Source: an uncultured Nitrososphaeraceae archaeon (GTDB taxonomy: Archaea > Thermoproteota > Nitrososphaeria > Nitrososphaerales > Nitrososphaeraceae). From it: DNA of 18,812 nt. The notes below the pieces were generated by a model. That model was not told the DNA's origin and did not search any database. It worked only from the letters and a program-made list of their open reading frames with translations. Location: the NCBI GenBank assembly GCA_963765895.1, contig CAVXZB010000066.1, positions 1-18,812 of the forward strand, in the 5' to 3' direction. Below are positions 1 to 9,311 of this stretch, in pieces. Positions within the stretch are counted from its first letter, which is position 1. Every line of letters starts with the position of its first letter. A program made the translations under genes and the position numbers.

Positions 1-39
1 AGGACCTATCCTATTGTTGTCAGGTTCATTAGAGGACAT
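1..39 (-). CDS. Possible 5' end of a gene running off the left edge (MSSNEPDNNRIGP...)
   Basis: ATG at 39-37 on the minus strand, open to position 1; only 13 codons visible. Confidence 0.25.
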   Translation of the reverse strand, partial: MSSNEPDNNRIGP

Positions 40-201
40 GTAATGCACATATCGTCAGAACCTGGTTAATGAATGTTCCATCTATAATAAATTAAGTCAC
101 ATGGGATGGTAGAAATGTGGAAGCATTATTTTGTCATCTGCTAGATAAACCTTACTAATAGATTTTATATTGTAGTCTATTTTGAGTATAGGATATAATA
201 A

Positions 202-828
202 TTGATAAGAGCAACCAAAAATGAATTCAGGATAATACAAATTATAGGTCTGCCAGTGTTGATTACAGTAATATTGCTGTTTGCAGTATGTTATCCAGGA
301 GTGTTATCTTAAAATCTATCCTCTATGAATAATTATAGCAATAATAGTAGTAATACTGCTACTCCAAACTCATCAGCTAAGACAGTAGTAATTCCACAAG
401 GTAATAAAGCACCAATAACAACAGCAAATTCTGCTCCCACTGGCAAGAGTAATAACGTACAGGCCGGTAGCAATCGAACTGGCTTTGCTAATATTTCTAA
501 CCTGGTGATCAAAGATAAGACATTCCCAATTAAATATAATATAACAAATGGAAAACTTTTAGGAATTATTGGTGATAAAGATAAGACGACTCTGGTTCTT
601 TTACTTGGTTCCAGCTTGGACAATGGTAAATTAACAGTTGAACTCCCAAGAAATGTATTAGATGCAAAAAGTCAAGGAAATACGGACGCCAAATACAATA
701 TCAAGATTGATAACAAGGATGTGGATTATAAAGAAGTTGGTACTAACCTCAATGCTAGAATATTACAAACTGACTTTGGTAAAAATGATAGGATGATAGA
801 AATAACAGGTACCGAGATGACATCTTAA
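202..828 (+). pseudogene. Secreted/surface protein with a thaumarchaeal beta-sandwich domain (type seen in PEFG-CTERM proteins); signal peptide cut off by an in-frame TAA at 310-312
   Basis: ORF 325-828 contains YNITNGKLLGI...GKLTVELPRNVLDAK...IEITGT, typical of this domain. The same frame upstream from TTG 202 reads MIRATKNEFRIIQIIGLPVLITVILLFAVCYPGVLS*NLSSMNN, a signal-peptide-like segment followed by a stop. Confidence 0.65.
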
Positions 829-1124
829 CCACACAGTACAATACAACACTTATCTGCCTATAAGTTCAATATGATACTTTGATTCTAGAAATGGCAACGT
901 TGCTGAAAAATGGTCTAGTCTTAATTGAATCTAATTGAATTGCTTAGTAATTTAACTTGAGCTAATGATATATACCACATTGTGTGGCTTACATTGAACC
1001 AGTTATGTAGTTGTGCAATCCGGCATTATACTGCAATCAAAAAAAAGATCAGATTAGAGTTTATTAGCCCATTTTTGATATGTTGATATACTTAAGTAGT
1101 TTTAAGTGTACTTAATTGTAAGAA

Positions 1125-1232
1125 ATGAAATTTAACTTCTTTCGTAAGAATTTTAAATGTATCTCATGTGGAGAAAAATTCAAGACCGAAGAAGATCTCA
1201 AACAACATAATCAAATAGAACACAGAAAATAA
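1125..1232 (+). CDS. Small C2H2-type zinc finger protein, 35 aa (absent from the ORF track)
   Basis: MKFNFFRKNFKCISCGEKFKTEEDLKQHNQIEHRK* matches F-x-C-x2-C-x3-F-x5-L-x2-H-x4-H. Confidence 0.85.
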   Translation: MKFNFFRKNFKCISCGEKFKTEEDLKQHNQIEHRK

Positions 1233-1437
1233 CGGTAGAGGGTTTCGCTCTTATCCTATTTCTCATATCTATATGAATATAGGAAGATATGTAAACTGTG
1301 TAACAGAAGTCGGCGATATATTTACTTAAGCTTCATTTAGAATTAGGTGAATTTTCATTTTGTAGTTCAAATAATGAACAAGTATTGAGGAATATGTAAT
1401 TGTTAACTACAATGGTAAGCCTTATTAGTTATCTAAA

Positions 1438-2056
1438 ATGTCGATGAATAAAGATAATGAAATGACCGGTACTACTTCAGATATTATCAAAGGAATTGAT
1501 AAAATAGAACATGGAGAACACGTCGTCCTTATCTACCCTAATCTCTACACACTAAGAGAAATCTATTCACATTATTGTAATATAGCATTAAAAAATAATG
1601 AATTAGTATTGATACTCGCCTACTATCAGACAGCAGAGTGTATCAGGCTAACTTTGAAAGAGCTCGATATTGACGTGGAAAAGTATGAAAAGGAAAATGA
1701 CCTGATAATAATACAGGATAGCTCGAGACACACTCTGGTTATACAGAGGATTTCTTGTCTTTACTAAAAACTCTTGATAAACAACAAGAGAAGCGAGGTA
1801 AAAATGGATTATCTGTGATTGCAGATTGGGTGTTTACTTTCATTTTCAATATAATAAAGATGTTTTAATAGATTTTGAATCATCATTACCAAAGTTTGAT
1901 ATGAATGTGAAAAGAATTTGTATCTACCATGCTGGAGATTTTGAGAGATTTGAACAGTATGAAAAAGATAATTTGATAAAGTCACATCATCGACGAATAA
2001 AAGTGCTGCCTAAAGTTGTTGGTAGAGATAAGCCTACTACCTCAATTTTATCTTGA
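1438..2056 (+). pseudogene. MEDS (DcmR-like sensory) domain protein split by two -1 frameshifts (~1725 and ~1826)
   Basis: N-part GEHVVLIYPNLYTLREIYSHY; middle frame YTEDFLSLLKTLDKQQEKRGKNGLSVIAD (1740-1826); C-part GVYF...LIDFESSLPKFDMNVKRICIYHAGDF. Joined they give the G-x-S-V-x-A-D-M-G and C-x-Y-H motifs of thaumarchaeal MEDS proteins. Confidence 0.8.
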
Positions 2057-2162
2057 TATTAACGTGTCACTAGACAACTATGATTGTAATTCAACGTGAT
2101 ATTTTAATTAGGAGCTAGTTGTTAATTTTGTTTGGTATATAGGGGTTCTGACTGATCCCTAC

Positions 2163-2369
2163 TCATGGATGATTATCAACTTTTGACAAGCCTGGAATTT
2201 TATTTAGCCAATCTAATAATATATGAGGAATAGCTCTATCCACACTATTGAGACCTAATTCCTTGGCCGTCGAGCTGAGTAGGAATATTTCTACCTTGTT
2301 TATAATATAGACTGGAACCTTTATTTCAACTGGTTCGTCCATTGGTTTAGAGTTATCTTCTTCTGACAT
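2163..2369 (-). CDS. Probable ribbon-helix-helix (CopG/Arc-like) DNA-binding protein
   Basis: 68 aa; alternating strand VEIKVP, helix VYIINKVEIFL, turn AKELGLNS, second helix VDRAIPHILLDWL. Confidence 0.55.
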   Translation of the reverse strand: MSEEDNSKPMDEPVEIKVPVYIINKVEIFLLSSTAKELGLNSVDRAIPHILLDWLNKIPGLSKVDNHP

Positions 2370-3093
2370 GACTAGAAAGAGAGTATGGAGAAACTCCTAT
2401 TTCTATAGTTGTCATTATAAATTCTCTTCCGATAGTCTAAACCACCATTGCCTTTTTTTAAGCAATTATCAAGTAAGCAATGCAAAGTTACTTTGTATGA
2501 TCCATGTCCTTGGGCTGGTTCAATGCTAAGACTTGACGTTGTTATAGCCTATTGTTATTAGGCATATGATTCCAAATATTGGTGGTGGTAGCTGAATCAA
2601 TTTTCAATGGATTGTAAAGTTGGCTATGTAAGTATCGACTACTTTGAATCCCACTTATCAATATAAGGAAAGGACTAAGGGTTGTATGAAATATCATATG
2701 GATTGGGCATGTAGCAATTGTTGTCGTAGCAATGGCTATGATCACTACTATATTAGTATCCGGCAGTACCTGTTATCTATGCGTAAAATATAACTATACA
2801 CCAGTAACAAACTATACTTCTATAACGATGCCGTCAATAGGAGAGCTGAACTCAACTACAATTATTAATGCTATAAATGCTAATTAAACTAATCTATGGC
2901 TAGAAATCGTATAACACAACGAAACCTAGTAAATAGCCCCAGAAATAAATTTGTAAGGCAATATGTATTACTGACGAATAATAATATGGAACTACCAAGC
3001 TAGGTATTAACCATATGGCATAGCTAGTTCCTTGGTGGATACTCCAATTTTAGGAGTCACTACTGCTAAATAGTCGGTATCTCTATATTCTTT

Positions 3094-3228
3094 GTGAGAA
3101 AATTAGGATTAGTAATAGCATTGGCAGTCGCAGCGTCAATTGTGGGTACATGTGTTCTTATCAACTGTAAAAAGAAACGTAGTAATGCCTTAGCCGATAC
3201 TGATCTTGATCTGTCTATGTCTGGTTAG
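3094..3228 (+). CDS. Small single-pass membrane protein, 44 aa (absent from the ORF track)
   Basis: GTG start; MRKLGLVIALAVAASIVGTCVLINCKKKRSNALADTDLDLSMSG*: a hydrophobic stretch of about 20 residues flanked by RK and KKKR. Confidence 0.5.
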   Translation: MRKLGLVIALAVAASIVGTCVLINCKKKRSNALADTDLDLSMSG

Positions 3229-3563
3229 TATTAGCATCGACTGATGCAATATCTTCAGTTAGACTCAGTCAGTAAGTATCATGTTGTCTTAGTTTTTGCA
3301 ATATTGTTATAAACTGCTGGCTGGGTATCTGCGGACAATAGACTGTTTTCATAAGTAAAGATAAATTATTTGTTTAAAGTCTGTTAGAATAGATAATGTC
3401 GGCCGATGGATGTAACCATTACACCACCAATAAAATAACGAAGTCTGATTACAGTCAGAATTGTCAGTTGGCCAGAACTATATTGGTAATGGTCGGGATC
3501 ATTTATGGTATGTCGATTAACAACATCGTTTATGAAAAATTGGTAGTCACAGACTATTCAATG

Positions 3564-3604
3564 AACTGAACTGAATATGTGTTTTTACTGAACTGAACTG
3601 AACT
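3564..3604. repeat. Two short tandem runs of AACTG within a tract rich in TATGTC and ACTG/CAGT words
   Basis: aactgaactgaa at 3564-3575 and actgaactgaactgaact ending at 3604. Confidence 0.7.
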
Positions 3605-3974
3605 ATGTCGGCGGATATGTCTTCTTGCGAGCAGGAATAGTTCAGTCGCAATGGTGATATATATTGTCCTGCCTGGCAGCCTTAATTAGGCAGAATGTAT
3701 ATAGATAATTGCTGTTCGAAGCTTCATGCGATCGACTGAATCCAGTTAGTATGTCATAGATTGGCAATCACTATCCTCTAGGACGCTGGATTCGGTTTGC
3801 GATCGTTTGGTTCACTCTATCTGGTATTAATTAAAAATATGATGCACAAATCTCTGCTTGTTGTAGGTTTTAACAGTCAATTAACTTAAGACAAACATTA
3901 GCTCAATTGAAAACTGAGGATATGAAGTGAATATAAAGTCATTATATAGTTTTGAGTACTGTACTGTAATACTT

Positions 3975-4248
3975 ATGCTCATAAACAAATCAGGCAATCT
4001 AGAGTATTTCTCTAATCTGTATCAAAATGCACATATGCAATATCTGCTTTGTCCATTGAAATAAACGCATTGGTATGGATACAATGGGGTGAGTCATTAT
4101 TGTAGGCACAGTAAATGAGCTTGAATCACTTGGTATTAGCGTAAAGAAAATGAACGAGCTAAATGACGATTATGAGCTCGAGAACCTGATTGAAAATATA
4201 AAACAAACATGGATTCAAGATTATAAAACTTGTTATAATGATAAATAG
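3975..4248 (+). pseudogene. Decayed hypothetical gene with several frameshifts
   Basis: Protein-like pieces in successive frames: MLINKSGNLEYFSNLYQNA / YAISALSIEINALVWIQWGESLL / VGTVNELESLGISVKKMNELNDDYELENLIENIKQTWIQDYKTCYNDK*. Confidence 0.3.
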
Positions 4249-4457
4249 GCGATTTCGAACGTCAGACAACATCTTTTAATTTTGTGTCATATAACAATTC
4301 TTCATGATACCGTATTTCTCTAACATCAAAATACTCAAGTCGTAATGTGAAACTACCAGAGTAACTCGTATTTCATACATTCCTATGGAAGGTCGTCATA
4401 CTATTATCGGACATGAAAATTTTACAATTAACACTTTATTTATTTAAATTATACACT

Positions 4458-4472
4458 ATACAACGGTTGTAT
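4458..4472. promoter_or_regulatory. Perfect 7-1-7 palindrome ATACAAC-G-GTTGTAT, candidate operator
   Basis: Seen directly; intergenic, just after an AT-rich TATA-like stretch and about 200 bp before the gene at 4670. Confidence 0.3.
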
Positions 4473-4669
4473 TTGATACGCAGTCATATTCTCAGACTCT
4501 ACAATCAGACTCGCTCAGATGAGACGGAATAGATGGGTTTTCGACCGCTCATAGCAAAAATGTTGGAATTAGGGATTAGTAGAGATCTCTTGTTGTCGAA
4601 AATAGATTCTGCTAAGCCTGTTATCTTATAGTATTAAATCCCATGTGGTTTATCTTTTATTATTATAAA

Positions 4670-5852
4670 ATGGTAGCTGATAAGGATAATAATAATAGTA
4701 ATACTGTCGCTACTATAAACTGGTATGATATAATAAATCAAGATACTAGAAGTATAGATGATGTATACCTAGGCAAGGTCAAGGGACTATATGAACCACT
4801 TATAGTTATTGAGAAGGGTACAATAAATAAAGAAAAACTCTATATTCCAAAATCTGTTATTGAAAAATATTCAGCCAATATTTTGTACCTCGGTATAACA
4901 GAACAGGAAGCAAAGGATATCTACACACGAGAATCGCCCCCATCAGCAGATGAGATCAAACAGATAGAGACAATTACAGAAAATAGGATTCTGGCATCTA
5001 GGAGAAATAATATAGAAACTACAGAACAACGAGAAGATGGAGATGTAAAAAAACAACGACAACAGCCAAAAAGTGAAGAGGAAGAAATCATTAAAAAGCT
5101 AAAATATGCAGCAACTGAACTTAAAGACTTACTAATTTCAGGAGCTAATGTAGCAAAAGAAAAGATCAAGGAAGGAAAAGATATTACACAAGAAAAGATA
5201 AAAGAACAACGAGAAGCGGCAGAGGAAAGAAAAGCTGAAAATGATGCAAAAAAGATATCTAAAATGGGAGATTTAGCATTACAGTTTTCAACTTCTTTTG
5301 ATGATATTTTATCAGAGATTTCATTAACCAGAACATATGCAGAACAAGAACAGATCTATAAAGGATTCCTAAGGCTAATACAAATGCAACGTAAACTTCT
5401 TGTCGCAAGAAAAGAGTTAGCTACCAAGTTAAAAGATTCGGTAGATAAACCAATCCTCATCAACAACAACAACGATATAAAACAGCCAGAGTTAACACAA
5501 GACACTCAAAATCAACTTAACAAGGCATCTGAACTACCCATGCCACAACCACAACTACCTAAAACAATTAGTACTGCTGAAGAAGAAGAAGAAGAAGAAG
5601 AAATAAAATCAAAACCTCGGATAAAAATGGTCACCAAGAAAGATTCTGATATAGAAGTAACACGTGATGAGGAATTGCCAGCAATGTCGTCATCATCATC
5701 ATTGTCGTCAAATGCAAGCTGCTGAATCACCTTCTACAGAGATTCCATCTACTGAAATCTATTCTGCCAAAGGAGAAGGAAAAGAAGGAATGGCTATAGA
5801 AAAGAGAAAATTAGCTAATGAAAAAAGGAGTAGCAGGAATAAGAGTAAGTGA
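4670..5852 (+). CDS. PRC-barrel-like N-terminal domain, charged helical region, conserved helical domain and low-complexity tail; probable frameshift near 5710 (stops at 5725 as written)
   Basis: INWYDIINQDTRSIDDVYLGKV...IVIEKGTINKEKLYIPKSVIEKY resembles the PRC-barrel-like family common in Nitrososphaeraceae. Likely start is ATG 4670 (MVADKD) rather than 4643. The +1 frame carries on MQAAESPSTEIPSTEI...SRNKSK* with matching composition. Confidence 0.7.
5579..5602 (+). repeat. (GAA)8 trinucleotide repeat encoding poly-Glu
   Basis: Seen directly; translates as A-EEEEEEEE-I. Confidence 0.9.
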
Positions 5853-5924
5853 GCAGTACACTAAGAATGTAGTATACTTGGCTTTAGTAGATCGTGTGTC
5901 CGTAGTTATCCTTGTACATATGCG

Positions 5925-6521
5925 TTATTTTGAAATATTCTTAAGTCTTTTTGCAATTCTTAGTTTAGAATCAATCACATTTACCTGTTCTTCTAACAGT
6001 TTCTTGTAACCTATGAGCAACTTCTCCTGAGTTTTATAATCTTCTCTTGCTATTTCAAACATTATTTTTTCATATACTAAAACTACATTATCTGCATGTA
6101 TTCCAAGAGCCTGAATGTCTCTTGCGTTCGTCTGTGTACCCATGTCGATTGTTTCAATAGATTTATCCTTAAGTTCCTTCGTTCTCTCTTCTGTCTTCGT
6201 CACTGCTTTTTTGCCTAAAGACTTTATCATCTCTATGAATGATTGCCCTGCTTTTTTAGCTTTGGCAGCATCAACTGATTGTTCTCCTTCTCCTTTTTCT
6301 TTATTTTGTTCTCCGGCTGAGGAATTCTCTATTTGATTATTTTCTTTATATTCAACCTCTGATGGCTTTACAACTACTACTTTTCTTTCTTCAGCTGGTT
6401 TTTTTGCAGTCAACTCACTGTCTTTCTCTATCAGTGCTTCAGATGGATATGTGGTAGTAGATTCTTGAGAATTTGATAATTCTGGATCTTCCTTGTTCTT
6501 CTCATTGCTCATAATGTACAT
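5925..6521 (-). CDS. Hydrophilic hypothetical protein whose C-terminal helical domain is homologous to that of the convergent gene at 4670
   Basis: 198-aa ORF with a disordered E/K/S-rich N-half; NARDIQALG...EDYKTQEKLLIGYKKLLEEQ...IAKRLK aligns by eye with the neighbour. Confidence 0.85.
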   Translation of the reverse strand: MYIMSNEKNKEDPELSNSQESTTTYPSEALIEKDSELTAKKPAEERKVVVVKPSEVEYKENNQIENSSAGEQNKEKGEGEQSVDAAKAKKAGQSFIEMIKSLGKKAVTKTEERTKELKDKSIETIDMGTQTNARDIQALGIHADNVVLVYEKIMFEIAREDYKTQEKLLIGYKKLLEEQVNVIDSKLRIAKRLKNISK

Positions 6522-6762
6522 AAAGGTCTTTATACTTAATAAAAAATTTGAAGCCTATGAAAAATATGGTAGACAAGCATTAGTTATAACTGAAACTATT
6601 ATTAATATATCAGTTTATGGATGAATGCAAGGCACTCACTAACAAAATATTAGCCTGAATTAACGGATCCAAGCTAACAATAAATCATTATTATCTAATC
6701 TTATCAAATAAATATGATGATATTATAGTATGTTTTTTTAAAACCGTTCCTAGAACAAGGCC

Positions 6763-7272
6763 ATGAAAACTCAAATAGACAACAGATCCTCAAGTAAGAA
6801 CAAAGAAGCTTTTAAACTAGGCTCTTCAATTGCCAAATTGATAACATCTTCTTGGAATTCTCAGGAAAAACTAGAGAAAGTCTACATTTTTAACCGAAGA
6901 GTTCATCATAGTAGGGTGAGGCTTTGTTAGGTTTAAGGAGTCTTTTCAGAAAATCACAACCTATACCTTCTGAAATATTATCAGGATTAGGGAAGCTGTA
7001 ACTCAAGATGATTATGCCGATAGAGACTCAATTCGTCTTCAATAAAGCCTACAGATAATGTTGGTTATAATGGTAGTTTAGTATCACACACATCCTCGTT
7101 ATCATCTTCTACATCGACTACGAGCAATCCATCGAATACAGATCGCACTATTGGTTATCAATTGAACGAAAAGGCTAATAACACATCAACTATTTGGAAA
7201 ACAAAAAAATCATCGCCAAGTTACCAGAATATGAAAGAGCAGATTGTCTATTTTATTGTTCACGTTAAATAG
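6763..7272 (+). pseudogene. Decayed hypothetical gene
   Basis: MKTQIDNRSSSKNKEAFKLGSSIAKLITSSWNSQEKLEKV from 6763, then a start-less S/T/N-rich open frame at about 7024-7272. Confidence 0.3.
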
Positions 7273-7445
7273 GCGAATATCATCGGTTATTTTCTACTTA
7301 AGTAGCAACATTTTGACTGAACGCTATCAACAGTCAACGTTAGAAGAATTCAGAACTATTGACGTAGACGAATCAAAACATACTCTCACGGTCAGCTATT
7401 ATGTAAAGTGGGAGGGCATTCTCTTGTTATGATCAGGAATACAAA

Positions 7446-7736
7446 TTGGTAATGGGGGATGACTTGGGTGGAATACAAACAATGAATAACCATGCAGCTG
7501 AAGATGTGGTAATCAAGATGGAACAGGCAGATGTTAACGATAATGTTATAACTACCGCGACTTCTAATCCAAACTATGTAACAGAGGATCAGCCTCTGAT
7601 AACAAGAATCGATGATGGTGCGGTCACACCCACTGAACAACAGGTATCAGAAGCACATAAGAAGGCTGAAGCTGCAATCAAACCAAAGACTGGTAGGCCT
7701 AAGCGCAAGACCAAACCGAGGCGTAAGAAAACATGA
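7446..7736 (+). CDS. Hypothetical virus-like protein (possibly a 3' fragment) with a basic AT-hook-like tail
   Basis: Acidic body followed by KPKTGRPKRKTKPRRKKT; its stop overlaps the next start (ATGA). May join ORF 7244-7432 by a frameshift near 7415. Confidence 0.55.
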   Translation: MVMGDDLGGIQTMNNHAAEDVVIKMEQADVNDNVITTATSNPNYVTEDQPLITRIDDGAVTPTEQQVSEAHKKAEAAIKPKTGRPKRKTKPRRKKT

Positions 7737-7879
7737 AGGTCTATGTTGTATACGTAGGTCAAAATCCTAATACATCTAGCTATGAATACGCCGTATTCGA
7801 CTCAAAAGAGAAAGCGAATGAATATTGTAAGATGGAAAAGATGGAAGAGTTTATGATAACAGAGTGTGAAGTCCAATAA
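7733..7879 (+). CDS. Small virus/phage-type protein, 48 aa (absent from the ORF track)
   Basis: MKVYVVYVGQNPNTSSYEYAVFDSKEKANEYCKMEKMEEFMITECEVQ*; the MKVYVV...VF.SKEKA.EY...I.E.EV pattern is common in small tailed-virus proteins; ATGA coupling at 7733-7736. Confidence 0.7.
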   Translation: MKVYVVYVGQNPNTSSYEYAVFDSKEKANEYCKMEKMEEFMITECEVQ

Positions 7880-8465
7880 ATAATTTTATTCTAGTATGTC
7901 ATTACTTGGTAACACAATATCTTCTGAATGCAGCCCGAACAAGATTCTGCGACTTAACCTAAATTCTAGTTTATAAGTCCAATGATTGTCTGCACTATTT
8001 TATGAGGGATAAAGACATAATGAGAAGGAACGAAGCTAGTCATAAGTTGTTAGGTCGGAGTCAGTTGTATCATTCCACTCAGTGTAATAGCCGGATTCTA
8101 GCCTGGCGAAGATTCTTTATTCTATACCTGAGATATGTAATACGTGACCTTGATCTCATCTTTGTATCATTAATGGTTGTCGATCTGACTTAACCCATCT
8201 CCTCAGTACTTCACAAAGACTGAGTCATCAATACCATTTTTTAGCTCTTGTTATTAATGATAGAGTTCAGATATTTTTAGATCTGTCGGATCCTATGGTT
8301 TGTCATCAGTAGTTGTCGTTGATAGGTACTCCTGCGGCAATAACATACTAAGATGTCTGGCAACAGCTATTTTTGCTTTATATTTCATTATTTATCTTAT
8401 CGATAAGAGCCGGACAACGGTCAGTAAGGTTGTGACCAATACCCCTACATCATGAAAGGAATAGG

Positions 8466-8484
8466 TTTGATTTGATTTGATTTG
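8466..8484. repeat. Tandem pentamer (TTTGA)3-TTTG
   Basis: Seen directly. Confidence 0.7.
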
Positions 8485-8862
8485 GTCATAAGAACATGGA
8501 TTCTAAGCCATATTGGCCAGAGCTACTAGCTAATCACTTCTACTTATATCGCAATCGGGATCAGACTAACCAAACGATTAGAAATTAAAAGCCAGTCAAC
8601 AGTCGCTGTGATTTCCATCAACCTGACTTAATCCGACTATGGAAAGCCACGATTGCAGGGGTCTAGCAACAAGAATATATTGGTTAGTCACAAATATTAT
8701 TTGCAGTCTTATTAAAAATGGTATCTAAAAAGTAATTGTTGTTTCGAATTGATCTACGCACACATACCCGGGCAGACATATGGTCGCCTCAAATTCAGCG
8801 GTTGCTCCCTTAGGTGTTCATTATTCTAAGGTTGATGGATTTTACTTACGACCATTTTTTTG

Positions 8863-8878
8863 GCTTAACAGGTTAAGC
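8863..8878. promoter_or_regulatory. Perfect inverted repeat GCTTAAC-AG-GTTAAGC, candidate protein-binding site
   Basis: Seen directly in non-coding DNA. Confidence 0.3.
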
Positions 8879-9151
8879 TAATCAAGTTAAACCAGTACAT
8901 ATCTGTAAATGCCATAAAACAAACCACTCAGACCAATTAATACAATCAACATTGTAAGCCAGGCCATTTGGAGTTACGAGACACATTTTCATAATTACTA
9001 ATCGTATAAGTAATACTTGTTCATTGTCTATTAGACCGGCCTCTCCCAGTTGCAGAGATGATTTAAAGTAAAAACGTCCTTCGCATTCCATAAAAATCAC
9101 TAGCGACTTAGTGTTGTTCTAGGTGGTATCATGTATTTATCATACATTTAG

Positions 9152-9296
9152 GGATATATATTGGCCAGTTACCATATATTAGTGCTATACTATATTCTAT
9201 TATATGGCAACCTACCATATTCATGACGTAGATGACCAGGATTATGACACAAATATGACGCATATCGCAAAAAGGATATATACTACGGTTACCATA
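9152..9296 (+). promoter_or_regulatory. Candidate promoter/operator array: two GGATATATA-N5/7-GTTACCATA copies flanking four ATGAC repeats
   Basis: GGATATATA at 9152 and 9274; GTTACCATA at 9168 and 9288; ATGAC at 9223, 9232, 9244 and 9255. Confidence 0.5.
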
Positions 9297-9311
9297 CTAA
9301 GAAACAGAGTA

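Noticed and set aside
333-623. Minus-strand 96-aa ORF
   Set aside because: Antisense shadow of the surface-protein gene.
3216-3812. CRISPR array or chromosomal origin (ORB)
   Set aside because: Repeats are 5-12 bp and irregularly spaced; no 24-47 bp repeat-spacer periodicity, ORB consensus or orc1/cdc6 gene.
4921-6336. ORFs 4921-5169(-), 5512-5730(-), 5818-6009(+) and 6115-6336(+)
   Set aside because: Mostly S/F/L-rich antisense shadows or overlaps of the two real E/K-rich genes.
8002-9100. ORFs 8002-8193(+) and 8882-9100(-)
   Set aside because: Short, unrecognisable and atypical in composition; probably spurious.
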